A stretch of DNA of 64,000 bases from Candidatus Poribacteria bacterium (GTDB lineage Bacteria; Poribacteria; WGA-4E; WGA-3G): positions 4,576,001-4,640,000 of the forward strand of contig OZ251518.1 of the NCBI GenBank assembly GCA_965242965.1, written 5' to 3'. Position 1 is the stretch's first letter; every line of letters starts with the position of its first letter. The notes beneath the pieces are model-generated. The model saw only the letters and a list, made by a program, of their open reading frames with translations, was not told the DNA's origin and ran no database searches. Made by a program: the position numbers and the translations under genes. Below, piece by piece: positions 1-9,222 of the stretch.

Positions 1-2
1 AT

Positions 3-1049
3 CCGTTCAGCGGCTTTTTCCGGCAAAGAGACAGCGGTCCTACGAATACGTATCAGTTCGCGCTCCTCGCTATTAACCGAAGCGATGGTAGCATCTTATG
101 GCAGAAAACGTTGCGCGAGGAAGTCCCGCATGAAGGCACGCACCAAGATGCCAGTTTCGCCTCCAACTCGCCGGTTACCGACGGTGAGTATGTCTACGCC
201 TATTTCGGCTCGCGCGGGCTTTACTGCGTGGATATGGATGGCAACGTCAAGTGGGAGAAGGACATCGGTGAGATGCGGAAATCCAACGCCTTCGGCGAAG
301 GCAGCTGCCCTGTCCTCTATGGGAATACCCTCATTATTGTCCAAGACCACGAGGGCCCCACGCCTTCCTTCATCATCGCGCTGGATAAGCGGAACGGCGA
401 CGTGCTGTGGAAAACCGAACGCGATGAACGCACCACGTGGACAACGCCGGTCGTTGTTGAACAGGATGGGAAACCGCAGGTAATCGTTCCCGCAACGAAC
501 CGCACGCGGAGTTATGATTTGGCAACCGGCAAACTTTTGTGGGAATGTGGTGGGTTAACCCGCAACGTTATTCCCACGCCTGTTGCCGATGACGGGTTCG
601 TCTATGTCACTAGTGGCTTCCGCGGGAATTCGCTGCAGGCGATACGCCTTGATGTCGCCAAAGACGATATTACCGATTCTGAGGCTATTGTGTGGCAGCA
701 CAACCGGAATACCCCTTATGTGCCATCGCCGCTCCTGTATCAGGACGCGCTCTATTTCTTAAAAAGCAACGATGGCATCCTCTCCGCCTTCAATATTAAA
801 ACAGGAGAGGCCAACTATGGTCCTGAGCGATTACAAGGCATTAGCAATGTCTATTCGTCTATCGTCGGTGCGGCGGGGCGCGTCTATATCGCCAGCCGAA
901 ACGGCACCGTGTTAGTTGTCAAACATTCGCCAACCTTCCAGATCTTGGCGACGAACAAACTAGACGATAGTTTTAATGCTTCGCCGGTGATTGTCGGTTC
1001 GGAGTTATACTTGCGCGGGCAGGCGTATCTCTACTGCATCGCGGAATAA
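3..1049 (+). CDS. PQQ-like/BamB-type beta-propeller repeat protein (5' partial)
   Basis: Frame is open from the window start (PFSGFFRQ...LWQKTLREEVPH). Repeated Trp-docking motifs (GNVKWEK, GDVLWKT, GKLLWEC), plus PYVPSPL and ASPVI motifs. Confidence 0.85.
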   Translation, partial: PFSGFFRQRDSGPTNTYQFALLAINRSDGSILWQKTLREEVPHEGTHQDASFASNSPVTDGEYVYAYFGSRGLYCVDMDGNVKWEKDIGEMRKSNAFGEGSCPVLYGNTLIIVQDHEGPTPSFIIALDKRNGDVLWKTERDERTTWTTPVVVEQDGKPQVIVPATNRTRSYDLATGKLLWECGGLTRNVIPTPVADDGFVYVTSGFRGNSLQAIRLDVAKDDITDSEAIVWQHNRNTPYVPSPLLYQDALYFLKSNDGILSAFNIKTGEANYGPERLQGISNVYSSIVGAAGRVYIASRNGTVLVVKHSPTFQILATNKLDDSFNASPVIVGSELYLRGQAYLYCIAE

Positions 1050-1152
1050 TCTCGCGGCCTGTAGGGCGAGGGCCTATCCCTCGCCTTATTCGTTAGGACG
1101 AATGTCCGTTTTTCTTCCTATGAAAAAATGTTGGGAGATTGGGCGAATTAAT

Positions 1153-1182
1153 TTGATTTTTAACGCTATGTTATGGTAAAAT
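1153..1182 (+). promoter_or_regulatory. putative sigma70 promoter
   Basis: TTGATT-18 nt-TAAAAT with a TG extension, in an AT-rich gap upstream of the 1265 ORF. Confidence 0.4.
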
Positions 1183-1264
1183 TAACATGTCATGACTGGA
1201 AACGATAGTTTTGTTTCCGCATGCAAATGCATTAAACTAACTATTTCCTAGAGAGGATAAACAA

Positions 1265-1462
1265 ATGGAACTGAAACAAGATAAGGAACGCCTTGAAGAG
1301 ATTCAGGAGTTCTATCGCACGATGGAGGAGGAGGCTGAACCGTACCGCGAGTATTTCGCGGCTCTGGCAACTTTGCCGCCAGAACCGCCTCCGCCTGTAA
1401 CTTTCATCGAGATTGGGAACACGTCGGTTCCCCGTGGAGAATCTACGAATGCCAGACTCTAG
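1265..1462 (+). CDS. small acidic, Pro-rich hypothetical protein (65 aa)
   Basis: GAGAGG RBS at 1251-1256, ATG start, upstream promoter-like sequence. Confidence 0.6.
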   Translation: MELKQDKERLEEIQEFYRTMEEEAEPYREYFAALATLPPEPPPPVTFIEIGNTSVPRGESTNARL

Positions 1463-1467
1463 TTAAC

Positions 1468-2440
1468 CGAAGGTGTTTCATAAATCGTCCAACGTCGCGG
1501 TGACAGCCCCGCGCTACGGTAACAACTAAGAAATCGCCGCATGGCACGTAGGGCGAGGGCCTGTCCCTCGCCGTGCCCCGGTCTGAGCAGCAAACAGCCG
1601 GGGTCTCCGGGCTGCGGGCGTTTTCCGCACAGGGTGAGAGATCGCGGGGGACAGGCCCCCGCGCTACGGTAATACCTAAGAAATCGGCCCCGTTCACCGT
1701 AGGGCGAGGGCCCTCGGATGCCATACGCGCATCCGAGCGGGTTTCCCGCGCCATACCTAAGGTCTGTAAGACCTTAATGTCTATAGCATCCTGCACCACA
1801 GAGCACCCTAAGGTCTGTAGGACCTTAATGTGCCACTGCTCCCCTCGCTGCCGCTGGATGAAGGACCTAGCGGACCTTGAAAACAGTGGCATGTCTGTTT
1901 TTCTATAGACATGTAGGTCCTAAAGGACCTAAAGAGGCCTCCTTGGCCTCACGAAGGCTTTCGGTATGGAAGCCGCCCTCATCTTGTGAATCCTGTTTCA
2001 GACAGTTAACATCGCGGGGGACAGGCCCCCGCGCTACGGTAAGAAAGCTGATTTGCCTCGCCAAGAGGTCCTAATCTTGGAAATCTTGGAAATCTTGGAA
2101 ATCCTGCTTCAGACGATTAAGATCGCGAGGGACAGATAATTTATCTCGTCTCTGTAGTTCATGATCGCCTGAACTACAGAGCCTGGCGAGCGAGCGATGG
2201 CGAGGGACAGGCCCTCGCCCTACGGTGAGGGGGGGCTTTTCTCCGTCCGTAGCGCGGGTGCCTGTCCCCCGCGATTGTTGGAGTGCGCGTGCACGCACGA
2301 TGGCGAGGGACAGGTTTTCCCACCGCCCTACGATGAAATCGAGACCAGGAGGTCTCTCCTACCGGGACATCGCTTGCATCGAGACCGGGAGGTCTCTCCT
2401 ACCCAGAGGCCATCGAGACCGGAAGGTCTCTCCTACCGGG
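1468..2440. repeat. intergenic mosaic of REP-like hairpins starting with a degenerate MITE left end
   Basis: CGAAGGTGTTTCATAAATC at 1468. Modules: GTAGGGCGAGGGCCTGTCCCTCGCC, CGCGGGGGACAGGCCCCCGCGCTAC, GAGACCAGGAGGTCTCTCCTAC, AGGTCCTAAAGGACCT, and 9-bp AATCTTGGA repeats. Confidence 0.9.
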
Positions 2441-2454
2441 GGAATTTGCTATGC

Positions 2455-3201
2455 TTAATACGTCGCCCTACCGCCACTCACATCGTAACACTGCCCCGTA
2501 ACAAAACTCGCCTCATCGGAAGCAAGGAAATTGACGACAGCAGCGACTTCCTCCGGTTTCCCAACGCGTCCCAACGGAATTTTGCTCACCATATAGTCGA
2601 CGGTTGACTGCGCCATGCCCGCCAAAATCGGTGTCTCAATCACCGCTGGCGATACGGCGTTGACGCGGATATTATAGTCTGTCACCTCCTTCGCCAATGC
2701 CTTCGTCAGACAGATGACACCGGCTTTGGAGACAGAATACGGGATGAGCGTCGGATTGCCTTCCTTGCCGGCAATTGAGGCGATATTCACGATGCGGCCG
2801 TAGTCCTGCGCAATCATCGTATCAATAACCGCCTTGCAGCAGAGAAAAACGCCGGTGAGATTGACTCCCATCACCGCGTCCCAATCTGTTTCCTCGAGTT
2901 CGGTTAACGGCAGCGTTCGCCCGGCAATCCCCGCGTTATTCACGAGAATGTCAACGCGCCCGAAGGTTGAAAGCACCTGCGCGACAGCGGCGTTCACCGC
3001 TGCAGCTTGCGAGACATCCGCTTGAAGAGGGAGTGCTTTGCGTCCAACGCCTTCAATCTCTCTCGCCGCTGCCTCGGCAGCCGATAGGTTGATGTCCATG
3101 ATGGCGACATCGGCACCGGCGTTAGCTAGCCTAAGCGCGATGGCTTTGCCGATGCCCTGTCCCGCGCCGGTTACAATGGCTATTCTATCGTTCAATTTCA
3201 T
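2455..3201 (-). CDS. SDR family NAD(P)-dependent oxidoreductase (FabG-like)
   Basis: TGAGQGIG, NNAG and YSVSK motifs. Start reassigned to MKLND at 3201, behind an AAGGAGG RBS. Confidence 0.93.
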   Translation of the reverse strand: MKLNDRIAIVTGAGQGIGKAIALRLANAGADVAIMDINLSAAEAAAREIEGVGRKALPLQADVSQAAAVNAAVAQVLSTFGRVDILVNNAGIAGRTLPLTELEETDWDAVMGVNLTGVFLCCKAVIDTMIAQDYGRIVNIASIAGKEGNPTLIPYSVSKAGVICLTKALAKEVTDYNIRVNAVSPAVIETPILAGMAQSTVDYMVSKIPLGRVGKPEEVAAVVNFLASDEASFVTGQCYDVSGGRATY

Positions 3202-3214
3202 CAGAATGCCTCCT

Positions 3215-4444
3215 TTACTCGCCGATGACGACACCGTATTCCCCGACGACCGCGCCTTTGTGGCCGCTCTGGTAGTGCATGTGTCTCTCGCCGATAATCG
3301 GTTGTGTGCTTTGCACCTCCACCGTGCCTCGCACATTGCCCATCGCGCCTTCGTCTATATCCTCGCAGCAGAGCGGCTTAATTTGGCGATGCAGCTGTCG
3401 CTGGATGTCGCCCTGTTTATTTCGGAGGATAATGTTCACAAACGCGTCCGCCTCGCCGACATTGAGGAAGCGGAACCAATCTCGTGCGCCTGCCGCAACT
3501 TCGGGGAAAAAGAGTCGTAGCCCAATGTGCCCGCCTTCCTTCGATGCTCCCGGCAAATCGACAATAGCCGTTCCGCTGTGCATGTGGCGTTCTGCCACAA
3601 TCGGCTGATCGCTGTTCACTTCTACGGAGCACTTCACCTTAATATCCTCCAGATCCGGATTCCACCACTTGAAAGGTTCTAACGGGGAGTGTGACTTGCT
3701 CCAGAACGACTGCGCGTTGTCGTCCTTACGTGCGATCATCTCCACGCGCGCCGGTTCATTGCCGACGTTGACGATGACCACCCAGTCGTCCCAAGCTGGG
3801 CCGACTTCGGGGAAAAAGAGGGTGCGCGGGGCATCCGCGATTACCTGTCCAAACTGTCCAACGCTGGTTTTTCCACCCTGATAGTGCAGATGCCGTTCGC
3901 CGACGATGGGCTGTGAACTTTGCATCTCAACGGTGCCGGTGACATTCCCCATCACACCTTCGTTGAGACTCCAGCAGCAGTGAGGACGGACGACATGGTG
4001 GCGTTGCCTCAGCACGTTCCCGTCTCTGTTTCGGACGATGATATTGACGTGTGCGTCCGCCTCGCCGACGTTCAAGACCCGGAACCAATCGTGCGCGCCG
4101 GATACCAATTCGGGAAAGAAGAGCCGCTGTCCGACCGTCTCATATTCCTCCGCCGCGCCGATGCAGTCAATGATGTTCGTTCCTTTGTGCATGTGGCGTT
4201 CCGCTACAATCGGCTGGTCCGCGCTAATTTGCATCGACGAATTGACTTTAATTTCCTCCACATTGGGTGTCCAGCACTCAAAAGAACCGATGGTTTTTTC
4301 GGCGGACCAGGTTGGGTTCCCGTTGCCCGCGTGCCGGGCTATCGCCGTGACGCGCGTCTCTTCTTGCCCGACGTTGACGACTTGGACCCAATCCTGCCAC
4401 TGCGGTCCCACTTCTGGAAAATAGAGGGTTGTTGCTCCTGCCAT
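3215..4444 (-). CDS. hypothetical protein with four ~100-aa internal repeats (DUF5719-like)
   Basis: LFFPEV...W..V.NVG...S.QPIV[AG]ERH[ML]H occurs four times. AGGAG RBS. Confidence 0.8.
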   Translation of the reverse strand: MAGATTLYFPEVGPQWQDWVQVVNVGQEETRVTAIARHAGNGNPTWSAEKTIGSFECWTPNVEEIKVNSSMQISADQPIVAERHMHKGTNIIDCIGAAEEYETVGQRLFFPELVSGAHDWFRVLNVGEADAHVNIIVRNRDGNVLRQRHHVVRPHCCWSLNEGVMGNVTGTVEMQSSQPIVGERHLHYQGGKTSVGQFGQVIADAPRTLFFPEVGPAWDDWVVIVNVGNEPARVEMIARKDDNAQSFWSKSHSPLEPFKWWNPDLEDIKVKCSVEVNSDQPIVAERHMHSGTAIVDLPGASKEGGHIGLRLFFPEVAAGARDWFRFLNVGEADAFVNIILRNKQGDIQRQLHRQIKPLCCEDIDEGAMGNVRGTVEVQSTQPIIGERHMHYQSGHKGAVVGEYGVVIGE

Positions 4445-4583
4445 AATTTTCTCCTATAGACATGAAAGACTTTCATGTCTATTTTAACTTGATTTTATAT
4501 CGAATTTCCACTACAATCTCACCATAATCCACAGGGGAAACCCACAGGGGGAAACCCACAGCGAGGAACCCACAGGAGGAAAC

Positions 4584-4874
4584 ATGGTGGCAGTCAAAAA
4601 ACTTGCAGATGCTGAGATTCAGCAGAGACTGGAACAGGTGAACGGCTGGACGGTGCAAGATGGGAAATTGCACAAAGAATTCCAGTTTGACACCTTCGTC
4701 ACGGCGTTCGGTTTCATGACGCAGCTCGCCTTAATTGCCGAGTCGATGAACCATCATCCCGAATGGTTCAACGTCTACAATCGCGTTACCATCGATTTGA
4801 TGACGCACGACGCGGGCGGCATCAGCGAATTGGATTTTGAGTGGGCATCGCGCGCCGATGCATTGAGTAACTGA
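4584..4874 (+). CDS. phhB: pterin-4-alpha-carbinolamine dehydratase
   Basis: [17 protein letters not shown] and [11 protein letters not shown] signatures; AGGAGG RBS. Confidence 0.93.
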   Translation: MVAVKKLADAEIQQRLEQVNGWTVQDGKLHKEFQFDTFVTAFGFMTQLALIAESMNHHPEWFNVYNRVTIDLMTHDAGGISELDFEWASRADALSN

Positions 4875-4953
4875 ACAATTTTTCGGTAGGCGCGCTTTGA
4901 AAGCGCGCCGCTGCTCTATAACTATAGAGCGCAACGATAGGGAGACGAATCTC

Positions 4954-6027
4954 ATGAGCGAAAAAACGTATCGTGCCGCGGCGATCGGACATACCGGTGC
5001 AGGCAACTTCGGGCACGGATTACACACCGTCTACAACAACTTGGACAACGTTGAATGTGTCGCTATCGCTGATCCGGATACGGCGGGCCGCGAAAAGGCG
5101 ATGGCGGATACCCGTGCCGCGCGCGGCTACGCCGATTATCGCGACATGTTGCAGAAAGAAGAACTTGACATCGTCAGCGTCTGTCCGCGCTGGGTGCCGG
5201 AGCATCTCGCGATGGTAACCGCCTGCTTGGAAGCGGGATGCAACGTCTACTGCGAAAAGCCGATGACGATGTCCCTCGCCGATGGCGACAAAATTGTGGA
5301 GACCGCGGCGGCTCGCGGACTCAAAGTCGCCGTGGCGCATCAAGCGGTTTACCTCCCAGCCACGCACGCTATCAAGCAGATGCTTGACGATGGCAAAATC
5401 GGCACCGTGCAAGCCATCTACGCCTCCGGCAAACAGGACCATCGTGGTGGCGGCGAGGATATGATTACCCTCGGAACGCACACGTTCAACATGATGCGTT
5501 TCTTTGTCGGCGATGTCGCATGGATGCAAGCCCACGTGACAATCAACGGCAAGGAAGTCGCGCACGGCGACGCACATAAACCTACCGAACCTGTCGGACC
5601 GGTTGCAGGCGATTGTGTCAACAGTTATTTCGCCTTCAAAAACGGTGTTTCCGGCTTCTTCTCTTCCAGACGTGACCAGGCGGGCACCGGACGTTACGGC
5701 ATGGAAATCGTCGGTAGCGAGGGCATCTTCTCCCTCCGTGGTGATGTCGCCAACCGCCTCATGGTTTATCCGTACCCGGTTTTGTTGCCATCAAATCCAG
5801 CGCAAGAGTGGCAGGCAATCGATCTGGACGACACCCCGTTCTCTCAAGGCAACGAATTCGCTGTTCGCGACTTGATTGATGCAATAGAGAACGACCGGAA
5901 GCCTATCTCTGCCGCCGAAGATGCTGTCGCCGCACTAGAGATGATTTTGGGGACATATCAATCCCAACTCACAGGCCGGCGCGTCTCCTTCCCTATGGCA
6001 ACCCGCGAACATCCGTTAAGCCGATAA
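4954..6027 (+). CDS. Gfo/Idh/MocA family oxidoreductase
   Basis: N-terminal Rossmann fold and CEKPM motif. Start at MSEKT behind a GGAG RBS. Confidence 0.92.
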   Translation: MSEKTYRAAAIGHTGAGNFGHGLHTVYNNLDNVECVAIADPDTAGREKAMADTRAARGYADYRDMLQKEELDIVSVCPRWVPEHLAMVTACLEAGCNVYCEKPMTMSLADGDKIVETAAARGLKVAVAHQAVYLPATHAIKQMLDDGKIGTVQAIYASGKQDHRGGGEDMITLGTHTFNMMRFFVGDVAWMQAHVTINGKEVAHGDAHKPTEPVGPVAGDCVNSYFAFKNGVSGFFSSRRDQAGTGRYGMEIVGSEGIFSLRGDVANRLMVYPYPVLLPSNPAQEWQAIDLDDTPFSQGNEFAVRDLIDAIENDRKPISAAEDAVAALEMILGTYQSQLTGRRVSFPMATREHPLSR

Positions 6028-6738
6028 GATACGCGTTTTCCGAACGCCGTTTTCATAACGGATTTCGTAAGGACCGGCTGGCACATCCATCGCCCGGATA
6101 GCCAGCTCGCCGAACGTGATGAGCGGCTCCGAAAGCAGGAGCAGCTCATCCAGCGATTCCTGCGGAGTCTTATCTGTCGTGTCCAAAACGATCTTGCGGC
6201 CCTTTTGCGCAAACAGCGACTTGTCAATCTCCTCATCAAACAAGCGGTTGAGTTCTGGAATATCCGCCGCCTTGATGATCTGATACTCGTGCGGAGCTGC
6301 TGTCATCCGTTCCTGAATCGCCGCATCGCTGGCGGTGACGTGAATCAGCACCACATCTGGCAACCGCGCTTCAATGACTTGGGTTTCATAGCCGCGCTGC
6401 GCATTGTAGTGGTAGTTCCCGTAATAGGGACTCTCCGCATCATCGCCGTAGAGGGTGGTGTAGACAGCCTCCTCGATGTGCCACCCTGCGATGAGCGTGT
6501 TCGGATAGTTCTTAATCACCTCAACGTGATATTGGAGTTGCATCCGTTGCATCCGCTCCTTCACGTCGTCTGGGAAGTTCACATAAGCCGCCCTGGATTC
6601 TGGGCTGAGCGTTGCATCGGGGATAGTAAAATGGTCATCGACGTGCACCGCCAGTTTCCGGTGGCGATAATAGGCTGTCAACAAGTCGATCAGCGTCGAT
6701 TTTCCTGCGTATTCTATGCCGACAAAAATGCATCTCAT
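6016..6738 (-). CDS. P-loop nucleoside-monophosphate-kinase-like protein
   Basis: Walker A GIEYAGKST at the N-terminus; C-terminal VLDTT motif as in dTMP/NMP kinases. Confidence 0.7.
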   Translation of the reverse strand: MRCIFVGIEYAGKSTLIDLLTAYYRHRKLAVHVDDHFTIPDATLSPESRAAYVNFPDDVKERMQRMQLQYHVEVIKNYPNTLIAGWHIEEAVYTTLYGDDAESPYYGNYHYNAQRGYETQVIEARLPDVVLIHVTASDAAIQERMTAAPHEYQIIKAADIPELNRLFDEEIDKSLFAQKGRKIVLDTTDKTPQESLDELLLLSEPLITFGELAIRAMDVPAGPYEIRYENGVRKTRILSA

Positions 6739-6818
6739 GAGAAGTTACCTCGTTTGATGGATGTGTTGTTACACTATTTAGCATGGATTGGGGAAAATGT
6801 CAAGCATTTGTTTTGGAC

Positions 6819-6847
6819 TTGACAATTGCATTATTATCGGGTATAAT
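6819..6847 (+). promoter_or_regulatory. consensus sigma70 promoter of antitoxin copy 1
   Basis: TTGACA-17 nt-TATAAT; identical 29-mer on the minus strand at 27132-27160. Confidence 0.85.
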
Positions 6848-6875
6848 AATTTTAGTCCAATACAAGGAGTTACAC

Positions 6876-7229
6876 ATGACACAGATTCAAACCGCGGCGA
6901 TTTACGATGCGGAAGATGAACTCACCTATACCGCCTGCATCCAACGCAATGGTACCGGATGGACCGGGTGGATTCAAGAACATCCGAAAGTGAAGGGCGA
7001 GGGAGAAACGAAGGCGGCACTGCTGGAAACCCTCGAAAAAACGCTTTATGACACCTTGGAGGCAGACTGGGAGGCATGGGATAAACAAATTGCGGAAGAC
7101 GAGAAAGCCGGGAGGCTAGACTGGCTCATCGAAAAAACGAGTGCGGATTTTCGGGCGGGCCGGTGCATGGACTTGGACGAATTTCTCGAACTGGTAAAGC
7201 AACAGTCTCACGTGCTTGAGACCCCTTAA
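6876..7229 (+). CDS. antitoxin: HicB-like N-terminal domain plus WDKQI..D..AGRLD tail (copy 1)
   Basis: AAGGAG RBS. YTACI..GW.GWI.E.P.V...GET...LL is a HicB-like pattern. Near-identical to 26203-26532 and 26801-27103, which directly precede toxins. Confidence 0.75.
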   Translation: MTQIQTAAIYDAEDELTYTACIQRNGTGWTGWIQEHPKVKGEGETKAALLETLEKTLYDTLEADWEAWDKQIAEDEKAGRLDWLIEKTSADFRAGRCMDLDEFLELVKQQSHVLETP

Positions 7230-8117
7230 AGACTCTCCAGGCATTCCGTCATTACAAGTTTTTCTTCCTCAACCGCTTAACCGGTGCGCAACTTGAAGAA
7301 TTGCACACCACGCGAGGTAAGGCAGAGCGTCCTTCAGGGCCGAAGACTCCGCCCGAGCCGATTGCTCTGCCCAAAAAGTTACGGGTGGAGATTTTGCTTT
7401 CGTCGATGTATGCGCAGTAGGAGAATCAATAGAAAATTTGTGCAGATATGTGCAGGGAGGGTGGAAAGAGCATCAGCATCGTTTCGTGGGAACTAGGAGG
7501 ACTTGCAAGGGCGTGTGCATGAGTTCATAGCGCAATTTTCGGATTGTTCTCCGGAGTTGTGGGATGTAGGGCTTTCGCCGCTAGTAGTTGTGGCTGCCCG
7601 CGTTGGTGGAAAACCGCTTAATTTCTGAAATTCCATTGTCAGATCTACTTTATGAATGCATCTAATGTTGTTAACCATGTCCTCAATTATCATGTCTAAA
7701 AGCAAACTCCCCGTTCAACATCTTATTCGCTAGAATTCCCTAAGACTAACCCAACATTCCTAAAAGTTCACGGTAACGTAACCCTATACGACTGATATAC
7801 CCAATTTTGACTCGTTATCTTTTTTCTCAAAAACATCAATAGTATCCCAGTTTCTGTTCTGACTAGCAGACAAGGCTGTTACTTTTCAGGTTTTACCACG
7901 GCTAAATTCTGCCAAGTCAGGACGTTTTCCTCTTGTGAATCCTAAAGAGGAGACAAGAAACTGATATCAATGTTGTTTTTTGATGTTAATATTTCGATAA
8001 TGAATGCGAAAAAGATAAATTTGGTGTATTGCTGCATACGTTGTTAGTTGATGGAGGAGGAAATTCCCTATATTTTCGTGTTTTTCTAAGTTAATAGAGG
8101 AAAATTCGATTTTAAAC

Positions 8118-8146
8118 TTGACATCCGAGTAAATTTGTGGTATAAT
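8118..8146 (+). promoter_or_regulatory. consensus sigma70 promoter P1
   Basis: TTGACA-17 nt-TATAAT with an extended -10 TG. Confidence 0.8.
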
Positions 8147-8243
8147 TAAGTCAGAATTGAAAAATAGTTCCGTAGAGCACGATTTGGCGCGGGCATCGAT
8201 TACCATACACGGTTAAAAATCTGAAATTTTTAGGAGAATTTCC

Positions 8244-8272
8244 TTGACATTTTCAGAAATATCGTGTATAAT
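8244..8272 (+). promoter_or_regulatory. consensus sigma70 promoter P2
   Basis: TTGACA-17 nt-TATAAT. Confidence 0.8.
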
Positions 8273-8608
8273 TGATATACAGTGGATTTCGCGGTCGTTC
8301 CGAGACGGTTACGTTAGGATCGGCGATTGAAATTTTAGTATATTGGTTGCAGAGTGTTGGTGTTGATAGAGATGGATGAGATTGCACCGAAACGTACAGG
8401 ACGCTTTGTTAATTGGATGCAAGGATTTGCTGGTGCTGATAATAATGTGCAGCCCGATAATTGGCTAACTTTCGCGGAATTCTGATTTCATTTGAGATAC
8501 GTGGAACTAACCCCATAGGCACGCGTTGGGACAACTTAACTCCAAAAACGCGTCTAAGGGCAAATTTGGGTTCCGCATGGGTGCTATTTAGCATAAGGAG
8601 AAAAAGAA

Positions 8609-9034
8609 GTGAAAGGAACAAGAGAGAGGCTAGTTGAGTGGTTGGAAGAGAACCCTGACGGTTGGCTTACGGAGTCCTTCCAATCCATTGCCCGGCAAAC
8701 GGAGATGTCACCTGCTTCGGTGGATAGACATCTACCCGAGCTCGTCGCAGATCGCGAGGGTATCCTGCCATCTGAAGTTGTAAAACGGCGGCAAGAGGAA
8801 GGAAGTGGTGCTTCGCGGCGGCCTAAAGCGGATCGGGAGAAGATTCGTCAGATTATCGCGGAGAACCCAGGGGCTCCTGTGCGTGATCTGGCCTACCTGG
8901 CCAAATGCCATTGGAAGGTTATTGAGCAAGAGCTCAAGGCAAGCCAAACCAATGGGAATGCCAAAGAAATCCGCGAAATCAAGGCCCAGATTGCGCGGCT
9001 CGAGAAACGCCTGGCTGAATTATCATCGGCCTAG
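8609..9034 (+). CDS. putative DNA-binding protein (two HTH-like segments plus C-terminal coiled coil)
   Basis: TAAGGAG RBS, GTG start. SFQSIARQTEMSPASVDRHL and PVRDLAYLAKCHWKVIEQEL are HTH-like; IKAQIARLEKRLAEL forms heptads. Confidence 0.7.
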   Translation: MKGTRERLVEWLEENPDGWLTESFQSIARQTEMSPASVDRHLPELVADREGILPSEVVKRRQEEGSGASRRPKADREKIRQIIAENPGAPVRDLAYLAKCHWKVIEQELKASQTNGNAKEIREIKAQIARLEKRLAELSSA

Positions 9035-9043
9035 GCGCGCGTG

Positions 9044-9078
9044 GGAGAACTGTCCCTATTCAACAGGGTCAGTTCTCC
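9044..9078 (+). terminator. stem-loop after the HTH gene
   Basis: GGAGAACTG...CAGTTCTCC inverted repeat 10 nt after the stop; weak U-tract. Confidence 0.45.
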
Positions 9079-9222
9079 TCTATCAACCTACATTGTTTCC
9101 ATTACGCGAGTGTTTGTCTGTCAGTTCAACGATTTGGACAGGGGCACTACAGCACGCTACTGATTAAATATAGGCGAAAAAATAAAACGTTTGTCACGGA
9201 CAATAAGGAGAAAAATAAGCAA

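Noticed and set aside
1443-2607. ORF-track proteins within repeat mosaics (motifs ARDRPSPY, GTGPRATV, RRARACPSP, VARGPVPR; also at 9.7-10.3, 16.8-17.5, 30.2-30.6, 34.8-35.6, 38.4-38.9, 45.3-45.8, 55.3-55.7 and 59.4-60.9 kb)
   Set aside because: These are translations of GC-rich REP hairpins in several frames, with no RBS and no family motifs.
7600-8250. Replication origin
   Set aside because: AT-rich, but I found no clustered TTATCCACA-type DnaA boxes and no dnaA/dnaN/gidA context.
8273-8608. rRNA or tRNA downstream of the tandem consensus promoters
   Set aside because: No recognisable 16S/23S/5S conserved segments, tRNA cloverleaf or T-loop signature.
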